A stretch of 64,000 nucleotides of DNA, taken from positions 1-64,000 of IMG/VR virus record IMGVR_UViG_3300042366_000756; one strand, written 5' to 3'. Position 1 is the stretch's first letter. The number at the start of each line of letters is the position of its first letter. Below are positions 17,978 through 24,674 of the stretch, one piece after another. A program made the translations under genes and the position numbers. The notes under the pieces were generated by a model. That model had not been told where the DNA came from, did no database searches, and saw nothing but the letters and a program-made list of their open reading frames with translations. The DNA comes from a virus (taxonomy: Duplodnaviria > Caudoviricetes).

Positions 17978-18163
17978 TTATGCTAACGCCTTTCCTCTAA
18001 GTGTTCCACGAACGCCAAGAGCGTCGCAAGACATTTTAACAGAGATACCAACAGGCAAAGCCTTTGGGTATTCGTTGATGAATTGAGATACAGCACCCTT
18101 TGAAGGAACGCTGATTTTTTTTACAGAACCATTAAAGGTTTCTAGTGTTATAGTGTAAGTCAT
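17978..18163 (-). CDS. Hypothetical early protein
   Basis: ATG at 18163 (MTYTITLE) after GAAAGGTGG SD. Confidence 0.7.
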   Translation of the reverse strand: MTYTITLETFNGSVKKISVPSKGAVSQFINEYPKALPVGISVKMSCDALGVRGTLRGKALA

Positions 18164-18197
18164 TTCTGACCACCTTTCTTTTTTTATTGATAAGACT

Positions 18198-18219
18198 ATC
18201 CTATCATTAAGCACTGACA
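18198..18219 (-). promoter_or_regulatory. RecA-NDp/PafBC-type promoter 7
   Basis: TGTCAGTG-CTTAATGA-TAGGAT. Confidence 0.75.
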
Positions 18220-18247
18220 TTTTGACCCATATCAGCAAGGGTTGAAG

Positions 18248-18263
18248 TGTGAGTTATCTCACA
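18248..18263. promoter_or_regulatory. CRP/GlxR-type box (perfect)
   Basis: TGTGA-GTTATC-TCACA. Confidence 0.7.
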
Positions 18264-18381
18264 AAGCGCCTTCTTGAAAGAGGGCTATTTCTAGATTAAG
18301 CAACTCGTCAGGAGTAGCATTAGATAAATCTACCCACCCAGCACCTTGCTCATCTAGTCTAAAAATTTCAACATATCCCAT
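18259..18381 (-). CDS. 40-aa hypothetical protein
   Basis: Manual translation MGYVEIFRLDEQGAGWVDLSNATPDELLNLEIALFQEGAL*; GAAAGGAAG SD. Confidence 0.6.
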   Translation of the reverse strand: MGYVEIFRLDEQGAGWVDLSNATPDELLNLEIALFQEGAL

Positions 18382-18487
18382 AGTTAGGACTTCCTTTCTT
18401 TATTTTCTTACTATGTAAGTTTATCCTATTATCCTTAAAATATCAACTTACTAGCCAGTAAGTCCAAATATTGAGACGCTCAAACTT

Positions 18488-18503
18488 TGTGATAAATCTC
18501 ACA
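18488..18503. promoter_or_regulatory. CRP/GlxR-type box (perfect)
   Basis: TGTGA-TAAATC-TCACA. Confidence 0.7.
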
Positions 18504-18552
18504 TCGTCCTTAAAGCGACACGCCGCCAGCGCCGAGTGATCCTCGGGTTTTT

Positions 18553-18678
18553 TTATTGCAATTTATTTTTATGTTTTATTTTTCTAGAATATTTTTTCTT
18601 ATTTGGGATTGCAGTCGCAGCATTACTACGACGCAATTCTTGAATACGAATTATTTTATTTTTTATTTCTTTTAACAT
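18553..18678 (-). CDS. 41-aa basic peptide with ArfA-like YxRKxKHK motif
   Basis: Manual translation MLKEIKNKIIRIQELRRSNAATAIPNKKKYSRKIKHKNKLQ*. Confidence 0.6.
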   Translation of the reverse strand: MLKEIKNKIIRIQELRRSNAATAIPNKKKYSRKIKHKNKLQ

Positions 18679-18680
18679 TT

Positions 18681-18785
18681 TTATTCCCAACAATCTGAAC
18701 AAGTATATTTGTTCTCATAGAATTCTGATTCTGAAATAGCGAACATTTCGCTATCGCAGATTAAACATTTAGCAAAATAGGTCAT
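18681..18785 (-). CDS. 34-aa Zn-finger peptide
   Basis: MTYFAKCLICDSEMFAISESEFYENKYTCSDCWE*. Confidence 0.55.
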   Translation of the reverse strand: MTYFAKCLICDSEMFAISESEFYENKYTCSDCWE

Positions 18786-18958
18786 TTTGTTAATGACCAA
18801 CTTGACCAACGACCTAAGCGGTCGCTTTCAGCGTCAATCCAAAAAGAGTCAATATTAGAGTCGCACTCTACGCATAGCGTATAGCGAACATCATTATAAA
18901 ATGAGATAGCACTCTCAAGAGGTGTGTGCTTTACGCACTTAGTAATTGTTGAATTCAT
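18782..18958 (-). CDS. 58-aa hypothetical protein (CxxH...CxxC)
   Basis: MNSTITKCVKH...CVECD...WSLTK*; GAAAGG SD. Confidence 0.6.
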   Translation of the reverse strand: MNSTITKCVKHTPLESAISFYNDVRYTLCVECDSNIDSFWIDAESDRLGRWSSWSLTK

Positions 18959-19008
18959 TTGAATTCCTTTCTAGTTTAAGGACTTTCCTTAACTTTCTTT
19001 ATACTATT

Positions 19009-19030
19009 ATTATAACAGGCACCACTGACA
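19009..19030 (-). promoter_or_regulatory. RecA-NDp/PafBC-type promoter 8
   Basis: TGTCAGTG-GTGCCTGT-TATAAT. Confidence 0.8.
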
Positions 19031-19077
19031 TTTTGACGGCGTGTCGTAGGTTTTGAAGATGAACAACAGATGAACAA

Positions 19078-19097
19078 CAATCCACAGGTTATCCACA
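19078..19097. promoter_or_regulatory. DnaA box pair (one perfect)
   Basis: CAATCCACA-GG-TTATCCACA. Confidence 0.65.
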
Positions 19098-19148
19098 GGC
19101 CCTCGGGGCCCCATGTGGTGTAAATCACTAATTACAATGGTGTTATTC

Positions 19149-19190
19149 ACGGCGTGTCGTCTTGACTTTTGGGCTTATACCTGCTATAAT
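19149..19190 (+). promoter_or_regulatory. Strong sigmaA promoter with upstream ACGGCGTGTCGTC element
   Basis: TTGACT-17nt-TATAAT with extended TG. Confidence 0.85.
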
Positions 19191-19217
19191 TCCATTATAC
19201 AAATTAAATAAAGAAGC

Positions 19218-19277
19218 AGGTCACGAGCCTAGCGAATAAACCTCAACAAGAGGGTGAGCCTAGCAAATAAGTGACCT
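19218..19277 (+). ncRNA. Candidate structured RNA (four-way junction with a duplicated GAGCCTAGCRAATAA unit)
   Basis: AGGTCAC/GTGACCT stem enclosing two units separated by a CCTC/GAGG hairpin; no ORF. Confidence 0.45.
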
Positions 19278-19293
19278 ATATCACATAGAAAAG

Positions 19294-19335
19294 ACGGCGT
19301 GTCGTCTTGACTTTTCAGGGTATATGTGTTAGACT
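19294..19335 (+). promoter_or_regulatory. Second tandem sigmaA promoter with ACGGCGTGTCGTC element
   Basis: TTGACT-17nt-TAGACT; CRP-like AGTGA-N6-TCACA at 19270-19285. Confidence 0.8.
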
Positions 19336-19368
19336 TACGGAGTAAGAAAAAACTAAATAAGGATAAAT

Positions 19369-19406
19369 CCTAGATGAGCCCTACTAAGTAGGCAAATAAT
19401 TCTAGG
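19369..19406 (+). ncRNA. Candidate structured leader RNA, third copy of the GA-[GC..GC]-AAATAA motif
   Basis: CCTAGA/TCTAGG stem enclosing TGA-GCCCTACTAAGTAGGC-AAATAA. Confidence 0.45.
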
Positions 19407-19457
19407 CAAGGAAAAGGTTAGAAATACTAACCGCATTAAAAGAAAGGTTCACTAAAT

Positions 19458-19616
19458 ATGAACACTATATATAACGAAATAGCAGAAGAGTTTGGTTCTT
19501 CCGCATTATCTATCAACAATCCTCAACCAGAGATTAGCATTACACGTGCTGCTCAGTTGTTAAACGAAATGGGTTTTGATAACGCTAAAGCCTATCTATT
19601 GGCAGGTGGTCGCTAA
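19458..19616 (+). CDS. 52-aa hypothetical protein, first of a rightward operon of about five tiny ORFs ending near 20130
   Basis: Manual translation MNTIYNEIAEEFGSS...LAGGR*; GAAAGG SD; downstream ORFs are stop/start coupled. Confidence 0.6.
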   Translation: MNTIYNEIAEEFGSSALSINNPQPEISITRAAQLLNEMGFDNAKAYLLAGGR

Positions 19617-20142
19617 TGTTGTTTTTTGATTGGGTAGAGGATTACCCTCACATAGTTTTGCCTATCGTGCTTGCTACGATAACTCTAATTGCTATCGCTG
19701 GCGCAGTATTTGGAGGTAGCAACTAATGACTACCGCTAACATGGATAAGATTAACGAAGCCATAGAGGCTTTACAAAATGCTAACAAGGCGTTAGTAGAA
19801 ATGTTTGGAATTGAAGAGGAGAATAACTAAATGAAAATCACTTACACAATTTGGCAGGGTAGTATTATGAAAGGTCGCCTAACCGCTAAGAGCATGAAAG
19901 AGATCATCGCTCTAATTGATGAACTAAATGAAGGTAAGCCACCTCTAAAGTTTGAGTATCTTGTTCATGAGATTGAGCAGGTCGCATAGTGGAGATGTAT
20001 TTAGATTATGAGTTCTTTGCGGTATATGTTGATAGCATAGAGTTATCTATTCAAATACCAACATGGTTATTGCTTGGCTCTATTGCATTATCCTATTCTA
20101 TTCATTTACTTAGAAAAGATAGATAAGTAGCATAGGCTGCTA

Positions 20143-20185
20143 GGGCACACTGTCCAGAGTAGTGTGCTCACTATTTTTTTTATTT
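20143..20185 (+). terminator. Intrinsic terminator
   Basis: GGGCACACT/AGTGTGCTC stem followed by a long T tract. Confidence 0.75.
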
Positions 20186-20404
20186 TTTATTTTTAAAATT
20201 ACATATCATACATCTAAGAAAAATATTCAGATTTTAGTAAAAATGAAATTTTTCAGATTTTCTAAAGTAGGTATGGTAAAATGAACATATGGATCCTAAA
20301 GTGAAAAAATGTTATTTTTGTGAAGAGGATAGCCTTTACCTGCAACCATATGAGCATAAGATCATTGATGTATGCAAAAAACATTTTACTATGGCGCTAT
20401 CCTC

Positions 20405-20566
20405 ATGACCCAATACAAGGTTTTTGATGAAGCAATAATTTTGACGGTAAAGACAAAGAGACCTGAAAAATGGTTATTGATAGATAGAGAAACTGGCCAA
20501 ACATATCAGGGTAATCCTAAAGGTCACTGGGATATATTAAAGCCATACATAAAGGAAAGCGAGTAA
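20405..20566 (+). CDS. Hypothetical protein
   Basis: ORF track; ATG 20405 preferred. Confidence 0.55.
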   Translation: MTQYKVFDEAIILTVKTKRPEKWLLIDRETGQTYQGNPKGHWDILKPYIKESE

Positions 20567-20619
20567 CTAATGACACAACGAATAGTCTTGTCTATAATCA
20601 TAATTGGTTTGGTAGCGCT

Positions 20620-20778
20620 ATGGGCTTTCTAGATAATCTTGAATCATCTATCTGGAACGAGAAGCCCGTAAACGATGGTTTGGCATTAAAGGTTTTTCAA
20701 GAATTTTGCTGCAATGGCTGTTCTTGTAAATCTGAAAGTAATCACAATAATAAAAAAGATGCTATAATATTAATATGA
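20620..20778 (+). CDS. 52-aa peptide with CCxGCxC motif
   Basis: Manual translation MGFLDNLE...FCCNGCSCKS... Confidence 0.5.
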   Translation: MGFLDNLESSIWNEKPVNDGLALKVFQEFCCNGCSCKSESNHNNKKDAIILI

Positions 20779-20960
20779 CTGAAGAACTTTTCCTATGCTG
20801 CAAAGGATGCACCTGTACAAATGGCCATTCGTCAATGCCAGGAGTAAATTCTTTTTTATTGGACGATACACCATCTGTAGATGACACACCATCTGTAGAT
20901 GACACACCATCTGTAGATGACACAACACCTGTAGACGATACACCATCTACTGAAGAGTAA
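20775..20960 (+). CDS. CCxGCxC peptide with five 6-aa DDTPSV-type tandem repeats
   Basis: ORF track; 18-bp repeat unit at about 20863-20950; leaderless start after TGCTATAAT. Confidence 0.6.
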   Translation: MTEELFLCCKGCTCTNGHSSMPGVNSFLLDDTPSVDDTPSVDDTPSVDDTTPVDDTPSTEE

Positions 20961-20971
20961 TTTACTTTAAT

Positions 20972-21157
20972 TTAAACAATTAAATTTTGTTGTTTCATTC
21001 TGTCATACAAGTTTGTCACTATAAGGTTCAACCCTTGTTGACTATCTGCCATAGACTTCTTAATCTGCTCTTCTGACATATTCAACTTTTCACACATTTC
21101 AAGATTATCCTTATTGATGCTATCTAGCATAAACTTTACAACTTCGTCTTTTGTCAT
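20972..21157 (-). CDS. Hypothetical protein
   Basis: ORF track; GGAG SD. Confidence 0.6.
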   Translation of the reverse strand: MTKDEVVKFMLDSINKDNLEMCEKLNMSEEQIKKSMADSQQGLNLIVTNLYDRMKQQNLIV

Positions 21158-21199
21158 TTCCCACTCCTTAGTTTCGTTTTATTAATTATAGCAAATAGA

Positions 21200-21796
21200 T
21201 TATTGTATGTCAAGTTTTGTCGGGGATCCAATAAGCGATTCATTTACGCTGGTCCACAACTGTGACGACATACTGGTATTAATTCTAGCAGACATACCTA
21301 TAGATTCCATAACGTAGTTATATCCTCCAGACTTGGTTTGAACTTTATTCCAAACCCCACTATCGTATATCAAGGTTTTAGCATCAAAAATAAATAGATA
21401 ATAAACCTTCTTTTCATTTTCGGCGGGGACAGGAGACCAATCCTGGTCGCTCTTAGCAAGACACACATAGTAATCAGCACTATTATCCACTACGCTAGAT
21501 ATCATGGCATCTAAGGTTTGATATTTTCCTAGTCTTGATCCAGAAAAAGTTAGTGTGTTATTTGCGTATACGCCAGATTTAACGGAGAAACTTTCGCCTG
21601 ATTCTAAAGACATGTCAACGCTGATGCTATGGCTTCTATTGGGCTGCCAGTCGTTTATTAGGCCATTCTCTGTAAAGGTGTTAGCAATAAGTTCTTCTAG
21701 AAACTCACTAGTGCAAGGAAGACGATAAACTGAATGATGTATTTTTAGTTTACTTGTCAAACCTTCAATTAGGATTTGCTTAATGTTATCTAGCAC
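21200..21796 (-). CDS. PD-(D/E)XK restriction-endonuclease-like protein
   Basis: E..IA...W.P..SH...VD......FSVKSG pattern. Confidence 0.5.
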   Translation of the reverse strand: MLDNIKQILIEGLTSKLKIHHSVYRLPCTSEFLEELIANTFTENGLINDWQPNRSHSISVDMSLESGESFSVKSGVYANNTLTFSGSRLGKYQTLDAMISSVVDNSADYYVCLAKSDQDWSPVPAENEKKVYYLFIFDAKTLIYDSGVWNKVQTKSGGYNYVMESIGMSARINTSMSSQLWTSVNESLIGSPTKLDIQ

Positions 21797-21965
21797 ATCT
21801 AAGTATAACTCATATCGGGATATAAAGCAAACATAGATATTACATCCAGTTAGACATTAGTGTGTGTGTCACACGTATCATGTCTTATAGTGGTTTGGTA
21901 TCTCTATTTTCGGCTTTGTTAATTCCCGCCGAAATTTAATCTCATATGATGATATAATTTATCTT

Positions 21966-22181
21966 ATGTCACCTCAAGATTGGGCAGCGCTAACTTTAAC
22001 TCTTCTTACTATTGTAACTATTGTTGCTGGTGGAATTCGTTGGCTCGTAAAACATTATTTAAACGAACTTAAGCCCAATTCAGGCTCCAGTTTAAAAGAT
22101 TCCGTTAATCGCCTAGAGGAAAAAACTGACAAATTATTTGACCTTTTGCTTGAACATTTTAAAGATCATTCTAAAAAATAA
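21966..22181 (+). CDS. Single-TM holin-like protein
   Basis: N-terminal TM then PNSGSSLKD coiled coil; leaderless start after TGATATAAT. Confidence 0.5.
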   Translation: MSPQDWAALTLTLLTIVTIVAGGIRWLVKHYLNELKPNSGSSLKDSVNRLEEKTDKLFDLLLEHFKDHSKK

Positions 22182-22392
22182 TTCTTTATATATAATATAT
22201 AAGATACTTTAAAACCTTACTTGCTAGTTATTCTTTTCTTTATATTTTTAAGTATACACGTTAATACTCTGGATTTTTACAGTTTATGCAAAAATGATTA
22301 TAACGATTGTATAACAATTTCTTTAATGTCTGGTTTATAACTTTTTGTTATAATATGTCCGTTTTATGATAATATAATGTTATAATTTTTGT

Positions 22393-22446
22393 GCTGGCAC
22401 CTAGATACTACCCCACCCCACTGCGTCTAGGTGTCCAGTTTTATTT
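22393..22446 (+). ncRNA. Candidate ~50-nt small RNA hairpin with a C-rich loop
   Basis: TGTTATAAT promoter, CTGG-CACCTAGA/TCTAGGTG-T-CCAG stem, loop containing CCCCACCCCAC, T tract. Confidence 0.45.
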
Positions 22447-22465
22447 AATGGTATAATCAATTATC

Positions 22466-22867
22466 ATGTGTGCTCCTACAATAGAAAAATATGGCGCTTC
22501 GCCAGCAAACATTCAGTGGACCGTAGTCCGTGGAAATGATGCGACCTTAAAGGTAGAATTTTTTGAAGATGACGAAATAACCGCTTACGACACTGATGGC
22601 TGGACATACCTATCTACAGCCTATGATCCTACAGGGGAAGTTCTTGATGAACTTACAGTAACAGAGGAAGATGGATATGCAATTATTTCTATACCTGCAA
22701 ATATCGCTACCAACTGGGGAACTCAATATAAATCCGTAGTATCAGAACTAAAGTTTGACCTTCAGGTTACAATTCCTGGCGGTAGTGGAGAAGTAGACAC
22801 AATCTGGACTCCAGTAATCGGAACAATTTGTGTGCTTGGAAATGTAACCCCTGGAGGAAGTTTATAA
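22466..22867 (+). CDS. Virion accessory protein (BppU-N/Ig-like), paralog 1
   Basis: W.VVRG.DA...V.F...D...Y..DLQV.....T...G.I.V. Confidence 0.6.
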   Translation: MCAPTIEKYGASPANIQWTVVRGNDATLKVEFFEDDEITAYDTDGWTYLSTAYDPTGEVLDELTVTEEDGYAIISIPANIATNWGTQYKSVVSELKFDLQVTIPGGSGEVDTIWTPVIGTICVLGNVTPGGSL

Positions 22868-22956
22868 TGCCAGTTGTAAAAATTTCTACTACAAACACAA
22901 AAATTCCACCAATTGTTAAAATTGGTAAAAAGGTCTTTAAGACAAAAATAAAGTAA
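22867..22956 (+). CDS. 29-aa basic peptide
   Basis: MPVVKISTTNTKIPPIVKIGKKVFKTKIK*; coupled start. Confidence 0.45.
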   Translation: MPVVKISTTNTKIPPIVKIGKKVFKTKIK

Positions 22957-22968
22957 GGCTTGGTCAAC

Positions 22969-23688
22969 ATGACAAAGAGCATGGAGTTTCCAAGTAAAAA
23001 GAAAAAATATAACGAAACCGTAGAGCAGACAAAATCTGTTGAGTATATTGCCGTTCCTGGAATTAAAGGAGAAAGAGGCGAAACGGGATTAACTGGTCCA
23101 CAAGGACCACAGGGGCCAAAAGGAGATAGGGGTGAAAAAGGTTCCCAAGGGATTCAAGGTCCAAAAGGAGAAAAGGGTGACCCAGGCAAGGGTGCAGAAG
23201 GATATGACAGCCCATCTGGGCAGTATCCTGGTTGGGCATATTATACTGGAAATGATACAGAAATATATAAAGTTGGTCCAGAAAGAGGAGAAGACGGATG
23301 GGTTTCTTTTTTCTTAAATGTAGATAAAGATCAAACTATTGAAACCTATCTTCCAAATAAATCGGTCTCTTTATTAAACGAAGTAGCAAAAAACATTAAT
23401 TTTAAAACACTTAAAGTAGGATCAAAAGTAGAAGTTAGATATGACTTTTCTTTAGAAACGTACACAAGCAATACAGAGGTTTGGATAAGAACTCTTTTAA
23501 GAGACGAAGAGTTATCTCCTATAGGATATGTCGGATTGCTAAAATATCAATATCAATACGATTTATCATATTCTCAAACCATTTTTATCAATAACGACAA
23601 AATTAAAAACTATGGAGGAACCCCTCAAATTAGAACTGACAATGAGGGTTCTTTTATTTTAAAAGGTATATATATATCAGTATCATAG
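22969..23688 (+). CDS. Collagen-repeat virion protein
   Basis: About 15 Gly-X-Y triplets (GIKGERGETGLTGPQGPQGPK...). Confidence 0.8.
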   Translation: MTKSMEFPSKKKKYNETVEQTKSVEYIAVPGIKGERGETGLTGPQGPQGPKGDRGEKGSQGIQGPKGEKGDPGKGAEGYDSPSGQYPGWAYYTGNDTEIYKVGPERGEDGWVSFFLNVDKDQTIETYLPNKSVSLLNEVAKNINFKTLKVGSKVEVRYDFSLETYTSNTEVWIRTLLRDEELSPIGYVGLLKYQYQYDLSYSQTIFINNDKIKNYGGTPQIRTDNEGSFILKGIYISVS

Positions 23689-23712
23689 TGGTATAATTAA
23701 ACAGGAGGAATA

Positions 23713-24063
23713 ATGGCATTTCCAGGCACATATAATTTTAATTACTACCGTGGTGATAGGTATGAATTTGTAATCCGTCCAAAAACTGCAAACGGTGGGG
23801 CTTTTGATTTAACAGGCTATAACGCAGATTTTTTTGTTGCTAATGCAAGAGGAGAAAACAAAACTCAATACGAAATGCAGGCTGTTGTTGATGGTTCTGC
23901 AGACACTGTGACTTGTACAATTTTGCCAGGTGCTGGAGAAAGCCTTGCTGGTGGAACATATGTTTATGATGTACAAATAGATTCTGGTGCAACACACGTT
24001 TTTACACTTTTAACTGGAACAATTACTGTAACAGAAGATGTAACTGGAGCAGATGATTCATAA
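23713..24063 (+). CDS. Virion accessory protein (BppU-N/Ig-like), paralog 2
   Basis: YRGD...F.I...DLTGY...YVYDVQI...L.GTITV.EDVT. Confidence 0.65.
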   Translation: MAFPGTYNFNYYRGDRYEFVIRPKTANGGAFDLTGYNADFFVANARGENKTQYEMQAVVDGSADTVTCTILPGAGESLAGGTYVYDVQIDSGATHVFTLLTGTITVTEDVTGADDS

Positions 24064-24638
24064 TGGTTGATGTATTACTTAATACCGACGATGTTGTAGT
24101 TATAGGACCTCCAGAGTCAATTGACTTATTGGTTGATATTGGTCCACAAGGAACTCGTGGTAGCAAATTTATTGTTGGTTCTGGAGAGCCTAACACACTA
24201 ACATCAAGTGGTATTTTATTTGGAAACACTTTAATTTTAAATGATATGTATATTAATACAGCACCAGGAGAAAACTATGGATATATGTATCAGTACATTT
24301 CTCAAGCAGGTGGAAATACTTGGGTTCAAGTTTTAAAAGTAAGTCCAGCAATTTACTCTTCTGTAGAAACAATTGCTTTTACATCTGGAGCAGGATCAAT
24401 TACTATTCCAATATCAAACATCGTAACAGTTAGTGGTTCACCACTTACCGCTTTAAATTTTAATGTTCAGTTTCGCATTGAAGGGGCAAATCCAATTGCT
24501 TCATCAATGGAAATTCCTGCTTTGGCAGGGGCTGGAACAAACCTAGTAATAAATTTTGACGCAGTTCAATATAGCGGTGGTAGTTGGTCAGCACTTGATG
24601 GAAATAAAACAGTTCATCTGTTTATTTCTATAGTTTAA
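24063..24638 (+). CDS. Virion structural protein
   Basis: ORF track; GPQGTRGS; in the structural operon. Confidence 0.6.
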   Translation: MVDVLLNTDDVVVIGPPESIDLLVDIGPQGTRGSKFIVGSGEPNTLTSSGILFGNTLILNDMYINTAPGENYGYMYQYISQAGGNTWVQVLKVSPAIYSSVETIAFTSGAGSITIPISNIVTVSGSPLTALNFNVQFRIEGANPIASSMEIPALAGAGTNLVINFDAVQYSGGSWSALDGNKTVHLFISIV

Positions 24639-24674
24639 TAAAAATGGTATAATCTTAAAAGAGGTGAGACCCAA

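Noticed and set aside
19218-19406. Hammerhead ribozyme
   Set aside because: The GA-stem-GAA part is present, but the CUGA core, stem III A-U pair and cleavage triplet are missing
20863-20950. 18-bp tandem repeat as a mini-CRISPR or iteron
   Set aside because: In frame within an ORF, no spacers, and variation is consistent with a peptide repeat
22969-23688. Collagen repeat as the main substrate of the prolyl hydroxylases
   Set aside because: Prolines are almost all in the X position (GPQ, GPK), with only one Y-position Pro, so it is a poor classical P4H target
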